From: Candidatus Sumerlaeaceae bacterium | GTDB lineage: Bacteria; Sumerlaeota; Sumerlaeia; Sumerlaeales; Sumerlaeaceae | Assembly (NCBI GenBank): GCA_049968255.1 | Contig: JBMFRB010000011.1 | Coordinates: forward strand, 1-50,805 | Length of the DNA: 50,805 bases | Direction: 5' to 3' | Part shown: positions 39,712 through 49,833 of the stretch, piece after piece | Layout: every line of letters starts with the position of its first letter | Numbering within the stretch: the stretch's first letter is position 1 | Translations under genes and position numbers: made by a program | The notes under the pieces: generated by a model | Seen by the model: the letters and a program-made list of their open reading frames with translations, nothing else | What the model was told of the DNA's origin: nothing | The model's database searches: none

Positions 39712-40452
39712 AACGCCCTTCGTATTCCCCGTTGGGGAGATCGCTACAAAAACATTTTTCTTCTGACAGCGTGGGGAAATACTCAGCTAGACAGCTCTTA
39801 GCTCAGCACTTAGGGTCGAGAGACCGGGGCGGAAAGAGGCGTGGTCCGCAGAGAGCTCGGAGGCATAGCTGAACTTTTGGCCCCACAGCGTAACGCCATG
39901 GGAAGTCGTGCAGGGGCGGCCATTTGCCCCAACGCGCGAGGCTTTGGTCCCAAGGCGCCGTGGCCATGTTTGATCGCCCAGCCTGGCGACCTCAACGACG
40001 AGCAGCATCGGAAAGCCCCACGCACCAACGAGATCGCAACCTTCGATAAAGAAACCCATCACAAAAAATTCCCCGTGCTCGAATAAAAAATGCGTGTGCG
40101 GTCCAGCAGGAAAAGGAGGGGATAAACGAGAAAGAATTTTTCTTTCTCGCACTCGCGTGCCCAGCGTGTCTGCATTTTCGATTCGCACAGCACAATCTGC
40201 CCGCACGGAGTGAGGACGTCAGGACGAATCTGCCGTGAGGCGCTTCGTGCGGTCATTGATCTGGCACCCAAGCGCGCGAGTCGCGATGCCGTGGCCATTT
40301 GCTATCGGCCACAGACTCTTTTCCTAGTTGCCGCATGCCGCAAATCAAAGAGTTGCTTCTGGGTCGCACGATGCGCACGCAAAATCTGCACGCAGACGCT
40401 TTGTCTCGCTGGCAGGTGGGCCCCAGAGGTGCGCGTCGCGCAACCTCGCAAG

Positions 40453-41103
40453 CTAGCAGCGGGGCTTTTGATCCCGCACGAGAGTCAGTGCCAACTCGGG
40501 CGAAGCTTTGAGCGCCACGACAATTCGTATGAGAAGCATGCCCACGGCTTCAAGGTAGCGCGCACTGGATAGCGGGCCACAATCCACAGGATCAAAGCCA
40601 GCGTCGGCCACAAGGTTCGCCACTGTGCGCTTGGCTTCGTCATCGTCGCCGCAGTAAAAGCCACTCACTTTCATTCCGGCGATCTTGCATTCAGGTAGGT
40701 GGAAAACGGGCGACGGAATCGTGTTGAGGGCTTTGCACACACGAGCGCCTGGTGCCAGCTTAGCAATTTCCTCGGAGGCACTTGTCGAATAGCCGAACTC
40801 GAGGTCGGAGAAGTCAGCCTTCACCGGATTGACGACATCGAGCAGGATTTTTCCTTCGAGTGAACCGCACGCCGCAATGGCATCGTGAACGCTGATCCAC
40901 GGCACTGCTAACAAAATGACGTCTGCTTGCACGGTTGCTTCGCGCGCGCTTGCAGCGCATGTGCCGTGGCCAATCTCATGGGCGAGAGCTTCGAGCTGAT
41001 CGCGGGGCATAACGTCGCTCAAGGTGATCTCGTGGCCGGCCTTTGCCCACAGGCGTGCCAGCGCCGAACCCATGCGGCCCGCTCCGATAATTCCGATCTT
41101 CAT
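40453..41103 (-). CDS. F420-dependent NADP oxidoreductase family protein
   Basis: IGIIGAGRMG, LLAVPW, LDVVNP, CKALNT, CGDD..AK, DCGPL...RYLE. Confidence 0.88.
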   Translation of the reverse strand: MKIGIIGAGRMGSALARLWAKAGHEITLSDVMPRDQLEALAHEIGHGTCAASAREATVQADVILLAVPWISVHDAIAACGSLEGKILLDVVNPVKADFSDLEFGYSTSASEEIAKLAPGARVCKALNTIPSPVFHLPECKIAGMKVSGFYCGDDDEAKRTVANLVADAGFDPVDCGPLSSARYLEAVGMLLIRIVVALKASPELALTLVRDQKPRC

Positions 41104-41510
41104 CCGCCGTCACCTCGATTTCCGATTTGTCTCCTTATCAAGGCAGAGTGCACACAGAATCGAGTCAAAGACAAATTGCAGCCCTTAAGCAACGGCGGTC
41201 TCCACCCCAGCACGAATGCACGTCAAGCTGAACAATGCACTTCGCGTCGAGCCGTGCGCCTTTTCTTCCCCCATTTTGCCCCGACCCAAACAGCGATTCC
41301 CCGCTGCGCACGAGGGCATTGTTTGAGCTCCCTATACGCAGGCGGCAGAGGACATCACGGAAGTCGGGGCGTAACTAAAGAGGAACCTATCGCTCCGCTT
41401 CGTGGGCAGCTGCGTCGCCGCGCTACCGAAGATCTGTTTTCGAAAAAGAAGGACCCCGCTGTTGGCGTTCTTGCTGTGCCGAAAAAACAAATCTGCAGTA
41501 CGGCCTACGC

Positions 41511-41879
41511 TCAAATTTGGTGGGGCGACTCTCCAATGTCCAGGATGGAGCAGGCAAAGACTGTTTTGATCCCAAGCTGCTGGGCTTTCCGGAAGAGCTC
41601 GTCGCTTTCGCTCCCCGGATTCACCCAGACTTCACCCACCTGACGCTGTGCCAATTCGTCGAGCACTTTTTCGGCAATTTCAGGCGGAACATACAACAAG
41701 GCACGGTCAATTTGGCCCGGCGGGATTGCCAGAATGCTGGGATAGGCGGGCAACCCATCCACCTCTTTGGCGTTAGGATTCACAGGAAAGACCTCATGGC
41801 CTTGCCGCAGGTAAGCGCGGACAGCTCGATTGCCGTACTTGGCGCGGTTTCGTGATGCCCCGATGATTGCTACGCGCAC
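41511..41879 (-). CDS. CoA-binding protein (YccU-like)
   Basis: VAIIGASRNRAKYG, VFPVNP, VWVNPG, terminal C motif; GTG start. Confidence 0.88.
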   Translation of the reverse strand: MRVAIIGASRNRAKYGNRAVRAYLRQGHEVFPVNPNAKEVDGLPAYPSILAIPPGQIDRALLYVPPEIAEKVLDELAQRQVGEVWVNPGSESDELFRKAQQLGIKTVFACSILDIGESPHQI

Positions 41880-41992
41880 TTTTCTTGTTCTCCGAAATCA
41901 TGAAAGCGAGCGGCTCCCTTCAGAACCGCCCGCTGATTTTTATTTTCCTTTTTCTTCCATTGCGCCGTGTTGGCGACGCAACGTCTTCGCGC

Positions 41993-42208
41993 TTAGCCAG
42001 CTGCTTCGAGCTTCTTGCGCAATTTCAATTCTCGGCGACGAGCCTTGCGCCGCGCAGCCTCGATCTTACGGCGGCGGCGAACGCTTGGTTTTTCGTAATG
42101 CTCACGCCGACGGACCTCTGACAAAATACCGGCCTTCTGACACTCCTTTTTGAAGCGCTTCAGTACCTTGTCCAGAGGTTCATTCGGATCAACGGCCACA
42201 ACTGCCAT
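41993..42208 (-). CDS. rpsU: 30S ribosomal protein bS21
   Basis: [31 protein letters not shown]; 71 aa from ATG 42208 with AAGGAGG SD. Confidence 0.96.
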   Translation of the reverse strand: MAVVAVDPNEPLDKVLKRFKKECQKAGILSEVRRREHYEKPSVRRRRKIEAARRKARRRELKLRKKLEAAG

Positions 42209-42455
42209 CCGCCATATCCCTCCTTTCTTTCCAGGAATTTCTCGGCTGTCGGCGCTCGATTTATGTCCGACAACAACTGCACCTGTGCTCGCCGACGGAG
42301 CGCGCACAGACACATCATTATTGACCACCTCTTGGCGGACTGCCCTGCGCTTCGGCTGCTTCTCACAGAACAACAGCGTCATACACCGCCAGCAGTGCCT
42401 GTTGCCAATACACATCTCCCTACCATCTCTTCAAGCTTAGAGAGAACCGCAGCGC

Positions 42456-44198
42456 TTAGTCAAGAGGAAAGAGCTTGCGCCAATCGCCCTCTTCGTGCCA
42501 AGGCGGCTGCTCGCGTTTGTCCATGAGGAAGGGCCCAACCACGAGAAAGTCCATGTTCGTCCGCATAAAGCAGCGGTAAGCGTCGGCTGGCGTGCAAACG
42601 ATCGGCTCGCCGCGCACATTGAAGCTCGTGTTGATGATCACCGGCACGCCCGTCTGGCGCTCGAACTCGGCGATCAAGTCGTAGTAGAGCGGATTGAGGT
42701 GGCGCTCGACCGTTTGCAGGCGTGCGCTGCCGTCGACATGAGTCACCGACGGAATCACACGCTTTTCGGGGCGCACATTTGCGACAAAAAGCATAAAGGG
42801 GCTTTTGCGCAGCCTGTTCATCTCAAAGAAATCAGGCGCACGCTCGTGCAGCACGGAAGGCGCGAACGGCCGAAACCCTTCGCGAAACTTGATCTTCATG
42901 TTGAGCGTATCCTTCATCTTTGGATCGCGCGCGTCTGCCAGAATACTGCGCGAGCCCAGGGCCCGCGGGCCGAACTCCATCCGCCCCTGAAACCAGCCGA
43001 CGACTTGGTTGGCCGCAATAAGCTGGGCCACTTCGCGCACAAGGCTCTCCCTATCCAAGCGCCGATAACGCGCCCCCAGCGCATCCAGACAATGGCGACA
43101 TTCTTCCTCCGAATATTCGGGACCCCAATAAGCGTGCTCCATTTGGAAAGTGCGAGGGTAACCAAGGACCGTATTCCACAAATAAAAGGCGGCACCGAGT
43201 GCCCCGCCAGCATCGCCCGCTGCCGGCTGCACCCACACGTCGTCAAAACCGGCTTCTTCCAGCACCTTGGCGTTGGCCACGCAATTGAGAGCCACGCCGC
43301 CCGCCATACAGAGATAACGCATGCCCGTCTGCTCGCGCAGGTGGCGTGCCAAAGCCACCATGATTTCGTCTGTCACTTTCTGCACGCTGGCGGCAATGTC
43401 GAACTCGCGCTGGGTCAGGCGTGATTCCGGCTGGCGTGGTGGCCCGCCGAAAAGCTCGTGAAAACGCTCGCTTGTCATGCGCAAGCCGTGCAGGAAATCA
43501 AAGTATACGAGGTTCAGCAGGAAGCTGCCGTCCGGTTTCCACTCGATTGTCTCGCGCACGCGGTCGTAGAAGCGAGGTTGGCCGTAGGGCGCGAGCCCCA
43601 TCACCTTGTATTCTGCACTGTTGACCTTGAACCCGAGATAATAGGTGTAGGCGCTGTAAAAAAGCCCGAGCGAATGAGGGAAGCGTGTCTCGTAGAGCAG
43701 CTCGATGCGATTGCCACGCCCCACGCCCCACGTCGATGTGCTCCATTCGCCCACCCCGTCGACCGTGAGAATGGCAGCCTCTTCGAAAGGCGAGACCAGG
43801 AACGCGCTTGCCGCGTGCGAAAGGTGATGATCGTTGAAAAGGATTTCGCCCTCGTAACCAAGCTCATGCCGGATGATGGATTTAATCCATAGCTTATCCT
43901 TCATCCAAATTGGCATCGAGTGAATGAAAGTGCCTAAGCCGCGAGGAAATTGCTCGAGATAAGTAAACAGCAAGCGCTCGAACTTGGTGAAGGGTTTATC
44001 GTAAAAGATGACATAATCGAGCTCGCTTACCTCGATGCCACCTTCGCGCAGACAATAGCGGATTGCGTGGACAGGGAAATCCTCATCGTGCTTCTTACGC
44101 GTGAAGCGTTCTTCTTGGGCCGCGGCCACGAGTTGGCCATCGCGCACGAGCACCGCCGCTGAATCGTGGTAAAAAGCCGAGATGCCAAGTATGTTCAT
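42456..44198 (-). CDS. Carbamoyltransferase, NodU/CmcH/TobZ family
   Basis: ILGISAFYHDSAA, EERFTR.KHD, HHLSHAAS, DGVGE, EYKVMGLAPYG, GGVALNC, EFGPRALG, FRPFAP, HVDGSAR, NTSFN.RGEP. Confidence 0.95.
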   Translation of the reverse strand: MNILGISAFYHDSAAVLVRDGQLVAAAQEERFTRKKHDEDFPVHAIRYCLREGGIEVSELDYVIFYDKPFTKFERLLFTYLEQFPRGLGTFIHSMPIWMKDKLWIKSIIRHELGYEGEILFNDHHLSHAASAFLVSPFEEAAILTVDGVGEWSTSTWGVGRGNRIELLYETRFPHSLGLFYSAYTYYLGFKVNSAEYKVMGLAPYGQPRFYDRVRETIEWKPDGSFLLNLVYFDFLHGLRMTSERFHELFGGPPRQPESRLTQREFDIAASVQKVTDEIMVALARHLREQTGMRYLCMAGGVALNCVANAKVLEEAGFDDVWVQPAAGDAGGALGAAFYLWNTVLGYPRTFQMEHAYWGPEYSEEECRHCLDALGARYRRLDRESLVREVAQLIAANQVVGWFQGRMEFGPRALGSRSILADARDPKMKDTLNMKIKFREGFRPFAPSVLHERAPDFFEMNRLRKSPFMLFVANVRPEKRVIPSVTHVDGSARLQTVERHLNPLYYDLIAEFERQTGVPVIINTSFNVRGEPIVCTPADAYRCFMRTNMDFLVVGPFLMDKREQPPWHEEGDWRKLFPLD

Positions 44199-44369
44199 TC
44201 CGCCGATCCTTTTGTCAGCCGCCTGCGTCCGTTTTTATTCGATACACTTCGCCACCTCTTTTATACGCGCGAAGCCACCGTTGCCGCCAAAGGGGCTTCC
44301 CTTTGGTCTTGACGCATGGCGATGAGTGAATACGCGGCGTAGACGGGCAATCTCAAGGGGCATTTGGTA

Positions 44370-44672
44370 TCAAGGATTTTCGCGCGAAGGTGTGGGCTCG
44401 GCAGAGCGATCAAATGAGCGCTCCTCTTGCTGGAGTTCTTTGCGCTGGGCGTCCACTCCTTGCAAGGTGCGTATGGCACGTGAGCGTGCTTTCATCAGCT
44501 CGCCGTGATAAGTGTGGTCGATCGCGGAAGGCGTCGCAGATGTGCTGGAGCCCTCGCGTGTTGATGGGTCTGCGCTTTTCTCTTGCGCGCAGGCGGCACA
44601 CAGCAGCAGCGCGGTGAGCATCACCACGGAGCAACGCCATACCGTCGGACGAAATTGGATGGCTATGGTCAT
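44370..44672 (-). CDS. Hypothetical small lipoprotein
   Basis: Signal-like hydrophobic stretch ending LLLCAAC, then polar linker and helical tail; GAGGG SD, 21 nt after the ychF stop. Confidence 0.6.
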   Translation of the reverse strand: MTIAIQFRPTVWRCSVVMLTALLLCAACAQEKSADPSTREGSSTSATPSAIDHTYHGELMKARSRAIRTLQGVDAQRKELQQEERSFDRSAEPTPSRENP

Positions 44673-44692
44673 GATTCCCTCTCTGCAGATGT

Positions 44693-45790
44693 TTACACGC
44701 TGAACAAGAAATTGATAACATCGCCATCCTGCACCACGTAGCCTTTTCCCTCTAGACGACACTGGCCGTGCTTTTTGGCGTTGGCGAAGGAACCGTGGCG
44801 GATAAGCTCGTCATACGAAACAACCTCCGCACGAATAAATCCACGCTCGAAATCCGAATGGATGGCGCCTGCTGCCTGAGGGGCGAGGGCGCCTGCAGGA
44901 ATGGTCCAGGCACGCACCTCGTCTGGTCCCACAGTGAGGAAAGAAATGTAGCCCAAAAGCTCATAGCTTAGGCTGATGATACGTTGGGCGGCGGGACGCT
45001 CGATATTGTAATCTCGCAGAAATGCTTCGCGATCTTCGCCTTCAAGCTGGGCAATCTCCATTTCGAGCTCGCCGGCGATCCATGCGATCACCGTCCAGGG
45101 CTGATCAGTGATGCCCGGAAGTTCAAGTTGCCGCGCCAGCTCATCGCCGCGCGCCAATTCGGTTTCAGCGATGTTTAGCAGATACATCGTTGGCTTAGCG
45201 GAAAGGAACTGGAAGCCGCGAATTGCCTTTTCCTCATCTGGGCTGAGCTCGGCGGCGCGAACCGGCTTGTTAGCTTGCAAGAGTGGATGAATTTTGCGCA
45301 GCACCTCATACTCAAAATGCTGCGTTTCGCGTTCTTTGCCGCTAAGCTTGGGGAGCGTTTTCTCTAGTTTTTGGAGGCGATTCTCGACTTTGGCCAGATC
45401 GCTAAAAATCAGTTCGAGATGGACAGTCTCCACGTCGTGAGCCATGTGCGGCGGGCCGTGAAAAGCATCTTCGAATCCCCGAATGACAGCGATAAGGGCA
45501 TCAGCACGCGACACGTACTGCAGGAGAGCCTCGGACACACCCTTTTGTGGCGTAGCTTCATCGCGGCTCAGCCCTGCCACGTCCACGTATTTCACCGATG
45601 CGTGAGTGACCTTTTTCGGCTGATAAATTTCTGCTAATTTGTCAACACGAGGATCAGGGACCTTGACCACAGCAACATTCGGCTCAACCTTGCCGCCGGC
45701 AAAAGCAGAGGTCTGCGCCTTGCCACCGGTGAGTGCATTGAACACCGTTGTCTTTCCCGATTTTGCCAACCCGATCAGCGCTAATTCCAT
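44693..45790 (-). CDS. ychF: Ribosome-binding ATPase YchF
   Basis: GLAKSGKTT, VPDPR, DVAGL, NIAE (G4), FLTVGPDEVRAW, AGAIHSDFERGFIRAE TGS domain. Confidence 0.95.
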   Translation of the reverse strand: MELALIGLAKSGKTTVFNALTGGKAQTSAFAGGKVEPNVAVVKVPDPRVDKLAEIYQPKKVTHASVKYVDVAGLSRDEATPQKGVSEALLQYVSRADALIAVIRGFEDAFHGPPHMAHDVETVHLELIFSDLAKVENRLQKLEKTLPKLSGKERETQHFEYEVLRKIHPLLQANKPVRAAELSPDEEKAIRGFQFLSAKPTMYLLNIAETELARGDELARQLELPGITDQPWTVIAWIAGELEMEIAQLEGEDREAFLRDYNIERPAAQRIISLSYELLGYISFLTVGPDEVRAWTIPAGALAPQAAGAIHSDFERGFIRAEVVSYDELIRHGSFANAKKHGQCRLEGKGYVVQDGDVINFLFSV

Positions 45791-46096
45791 GTCGAGAACC
45801 CGCCTAAAAAATCTTCGTGCGGAGCTCGGTGATGGCGCTCCGCTCTTCATGACTACACTCGGGGCATTGGCGCGCTGACGCAAAGGCAATTTTTCGTGCG
45901 CTTGCCTTGCCAAACGTCCGCGGCGCATTCCGAGCGCATGTCCATCGGTCCCCTCTCTGTATGCAAGCGACAGCGCAGGTGCAAGGTCACGATTTCGAAG
46001 TAAGCTTTCTCACATATCTCTTGATTACGCCCCTAACAGGCGTGCACTGACGACAGTGAATTTTTCCCATTTAGCCAGAGGGGAAGTTGTCTAGCG

Positions 46097-47368
46097 ATGA
46101 AACCTGTGGAAGCCGTCCTGCTCGGAGCTGGTCAGCGTGGGCGCGAAGCATTCGGAGCGTTTGCCTTGCGCCACCCGCACCTTTTGAAGTTTGTGGCAGT
46201 TGCCGAACCCGACGAATCGCGCCGTCGCGCGTTTGCCGACGCCCACGAGATTCCTGCCGAACGACAGTTTGCAAGCTGGGAAGAGCTGCTTGACCGGCCG
46301 GCAATGGCGCCCCTCTGCGTGAACAGCACGATGGATCGCACCCACGTGCAATCGAGCTTTGCGGCGATGCGGGCCGGTTACCATCTGCTCCTGGAAAAAC
46401 CGATGGCTCACACCCCAGAGGGATGTGTGGCGCTGGCGCGTGAAGCCCAACGCCTGCGGCGCATTGTGCAGGTGGTGCACCCGATGCGCTACGCCCCATT
46501 CTATTCCAGAGCTAAGGAACTGCTCCATCGCGGAAGCGTCGGTCAGCCTCTCGTGGTCATGATGACCGAGAACGTGGCCTACTGGCATTTTGCCCACAGT
46601 TTTGTGCGAGGCAACTGGCGTCGCTACGACGACAGTGGCCCCCTCGTGCTAACCAAGACATGCCACGATATGGATCTTGCCACGTGGCTCATTGGCTCTG
46701 CCCCTGCGCGAGTCGCGTCCTTCGGCGAACGTCGATTCTTTCGCGAAGAAAATGCTCCGCCAGGTGCGCCATTGCGTTGCCATGAGGGATGTCCAGCCGA
46801 GGCTACTTGTCCCTTCTATGCGCCAGCGATGTATCTGGGCGAGCTCACGGATTGGCCCGTCAGCGTCATCTCTCTTGACACGTCTTTTGAAGCGCGTCGC
46901 CAAGCGCTCGAGAATGGCCCCTATGGGCGGTGTGTGTTCCGCTGCGACAACGACGTCGTGGATCACCAGGTCGTTTGTGTGGAATTCGAAAACGGGACGA
47001 TGTTGAATTTCACCGTTTCTGCTTGCACGGCCTATTGCTACCGAAGCCTGCGAGTGGTGGGCGGCGCCGGAGAACTGCATGGTCACTTCGAACGCAACGA
47101 ATTGCGCATCGAACGGTTTGTTCAAGGCGTATGGCCGGGGATCCCGACAGAAACGCACCGCGTGTCAGCCGGCCCGAGTGCCCACGGAGGTGGCGACTGG
47201 GCGGTGATGCGCAATTGCGTTCGCTTGGTGCGTGAGGAAAATGTCGAGGAAGCTGAGAAATCTCTGCAGATCGCTGTGGCAGGCCACTTACTCGCGTTTG
47301 CCGCGGAAGAGGCACGTCGCAGCGCAGGTGTGCTCGACTTCAAAGCCTACACGAGCCGCTTTGCGTGA
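46097..47368 (+). CDS. Gfo/Idh/MocA family oxidoreductase
   Basis: LLGAGQRG, LLEKPMA, AHSFVRGNWR, KTCHDMD, YGRCVFRCDNDVVDHQ, HGGGD. Confidence 0.92.
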   Translation: MKPVEAVLLGAGQRGREAFGAFALRHPHLLKFVAVAEPDESRRRAFADAHEIPAERQFASWEELLDRPAMAPLCVNSTMDRTHVQSSFAAMRAGYHLLLEKPMAHTPEGCVALAREAQRLRRIVQVVHPMRYAPFYSRAKELLHRGSVGQPLVVMMTENVAYWHFAHSFVRGNWRRYDDSGPLVLTKTCHDMDLATWLIGSAPARVASFGERRFFREENAPPGAPLRCHEGCPAEATCPFYAPAMYLGELTDWPVSVISLDTSFEARRQALENGPYGRCVFRCDNDVVDHQVVCVEFENGTMLNFTVSACTAYCYRSLRVVGGAGELHGHFERNELRIERFVQGVWPGIPTETHRVSAGPSAHGGGDWAVMRNCVRLVREENVEEAEKSLQIAVAGHLLAFAAEEARRSAGVLDFKAYTSRFA

Positions 47369-47439
47369 GGGTGGCGAAAACGTTCAGACATCTGGCAAAC
47401 GAGGTGTTTTTAAGTTAGCAACACCCACACACCGCCGGA

Positions 47440-48921
47440 CTAGGGCCATGCGGCCTGAGTCGCCAATCCAGCCAGGAGTTCACCAATGGTGTAGGGCTGC
47501 ACTTGCGCGCTCTTGTCCTTGTCCAGCCCAGCCTGTCGAGCCACAGCCAACGGACAAACGATCGTCACCGCCTTCTGCTTCGATTGTGCAAGTTTTTCCG
47601 GCACCACCAGCGCGCGTCCCTTAGAGATGACCTCGCCAAGATTGCTCAGTTTGGCCGGAGGAATCTGCACACGAATAAGCCGTTCCTCAGGATAGACCCA
47701 AGCGTCGAGCAGCTTTTCTGGCGAGAGGGCGCCTTTTCCGATGCGGATTTTGTCTGCGTCGAGCACGCAGCCATCTGTCGCGAAATGCTCGCGCAAAAGT
47801 TCCGCCACTGCCGTCGCAAGCGCGTCGTTCGCGTGGGCTGCGACGAGCTTGGCAGCCGCCTTTCCGCGCAATGGTGGAACCGTCGGTGGCTCGGGTAGGG
47901 ACTCCGCGCTTTGCCAGCGCCACTCCTTACACCGTTGGTCGAGGGTGGCTACCACCCAACCTTGCGTGGCCGACGTGACAAGTTGACGGCCGTTGACGAC
48001 AAGGCGCAGTGGGCGCGTGGCGCTGGCAGGCAGATCGTCCACGCTTACGGCGAAGCTACGCACGTTTTCGCTCCTCACGGCCACTCGGCCCTCGCTGTCG
48101 ATGAGCGCGTCCACGATCGCCAGCCGCGGCCACATCTCCGGCGCGCACAGGGCAAACCAACGATCACGTTGACCGCCTACTCGCGCAGCCAAAGCCACGC
48201 GGCGCGGCTTCGCCTCGCGCGGATGCTCGACAAACCATGCAAGCACGCGACGCAGATTATCCCCAATCATGCGGCTTGCATGGCCATAGCCAATCTCTTC
48301 ACGATAGACGTGAGAAATTCCCTGTTGCGCAAGGCGAGCCACCGGCCGCCGCGATTGCTCGACGGGGACAATCGGGTCCACGGCGTCATGAATAACAAAA
48401 GGAGACAGATTAGCTGCAGCCACCACAAGTTCGGCTGGATCAAAACCCGCCATGGGCGCAATAGCGGCAAAGAGCTCGGGATGACGCAACCCGATGTACC
48501 ATGTGCCCCATCCACCCATCGAATGTCCGGCTAAATAAATGCGTCGCGGGTCGATGCGCAGAGCCTTGCGCACGTCCCGGATCATATCGAGGACGTCGCG
48601 CTCTGCCGAGCCGCGATACCACCAATTGCCACGGGCATAGGGCGCCGCTACAACGAAGCCAAATTCATCCGCCACCCGTCTCACAGGCGTAAACTTGAAC
48701 CAGGCAAATTCATCCACCCCCCAACCGTGAAGCACCACGACCAATGGCAGGGCTTGCGAGGTCTCATTGATAGCGGCCGGAACATAAAGGCGATACGGTT
48801 GCGTGGTGCCATCATCACTGCTTGTGAACTCGCGGCCGTATTCTCCAGGAGAAAGCTGAGCCAATGAAAAACGCGCGACAGCCAACGCGAGAACTCCCAT
48901 GAGAAAAACTTTGCGTTTCAT
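47440..48921 (-). CDS. Secreted alpha/beta serine hydrolase (esterase/peptidase) with extra C-terminal domains
   Basis: Signal peptide MKRKVFLMGVLALAVARFSLA; QPYRLYVP, PLVVVLHG, GHSMGG nucleophile elbow, H..VDPIV Asp, GYGH His. Confidence 0.85.
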   Translation of the reverse strand: MKRKVFLMGVLALAVARFSLAQLSPGEYGREFTSSDDGTTQPYRLYVPAAINETSQALPLVVVLHGWGVDEFAWFKFTPVRRVADEFGFVVAAPYARGNWWYRGSAERDVLDMIRDVRKALRIDPRRIYLAGHSMGGWGTWYIGLRHPELFAAIAPMAGFDPAELVVAAANLSPFVIHDAVDPIVPVEQSRRPVARLAQQGISHVYREEIGYGHASRMIGDNLRRVLAWFVEHPREAKPRRVALAARVGGQRDRWFALCAPEMWPRLAIVDALIDSEGRVAVRSENVRSFAVSVDDLPASATRPLRLVVNGRQLVTSATQGWVVATLDQRCKEWRWQSAESLPEPPTVPPLRGKAAAKLVAAHANDALATAVAELLREHFATDGCVLDADKIRIGKGALSPEKLLDAWVYPEERLIRVQIPPAKLSNLGEVISKGRALVVPEKLAQSKQKAVTIVCPLAVARQAGLDKDKSAQVQPYTIGELLAGLATQAAWP

Positions 48922-49833
48922 GATGGGCAGAGTCGATGCTGCTTCAGCTGATCGCAACCAGAAAGGGAGTCGATCGCGAGAACGGCCACATGGCCGATGG
49001 ACGCAATCCCAGACTTGAGTCAGAGGACTGGCTTTCTCATTTCGCTGCGAAGCAACGAAAACTCTCCCGTCTGACGCAAGATGAGAAAATGGAAGGAGAC
49101 ATATAGCTGTCTCCCGAGTCGCCCACGTTATCAGCATCCCTCGTGATGTAATCTCTAGTAGGTACCGAAACTCAGCACCGGCTCCCTGGGCGCGGCGTGC
49201 GCGACCTCGCTGGCGCTAGGACGATTCCAGCCGTTGCAGGCGACGCGCGAATACTTGCGCAAGCAGCTTGGCGCGGCTCGCGCCGAGCAGAAAGCAGGTT
49301 CGCCCAGAAGGTCATTTTGCCCGACGTGCCAGACCGTCGCCCCGTACGCTTCAGCAATGGCCAAACAGGAGCAACCCAGCGCGTATGGTGGGGCTCCAGC
49401 ACGGAGTGGGGCAAAGCTACAAGTCGCAGCGTGTCCGCGCGAGGGACCGTCGTGGTGACCGAATTTTCCGCAAAGCGCACTCATGATCCTGCTTCGAGGA
49501 GCGGGCAGCGGCGAGAGGATGATTGAAGAGCCACACCGCGACCCCCTGGTCCAAGCGACAACGGAGGACAGTTTCTCGCGTTTTTTGGATCCTCAGGTGT
49601 GGTACGGATCCGCCTCCAAAGGCACACCAGGCTAAGCGCCACTGCAACTGCTCACGTCCCCCGCTCGTGCTCTCGGTTTGCGCCTTGTCATTGTCTGGCC
49701 TTGTTTTCTTGCCACGGCGCCCCACCGGCGGCGCTGCGCTCAGGCGAGAGTTCTCGCTGCACAGAGCCGACATGACTCATGGGAGGGACAGAGCCTATCG
49801 GCAATTGCAAGGCAACCTTGTCCTCGGTAGAGT

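Noticed and set aside
41993-42415. 140-aa N-terminally extended bS21
   Set aside because: The SD and family similarity both begin at ATG 42208; the extension is just an open frame in the leader.
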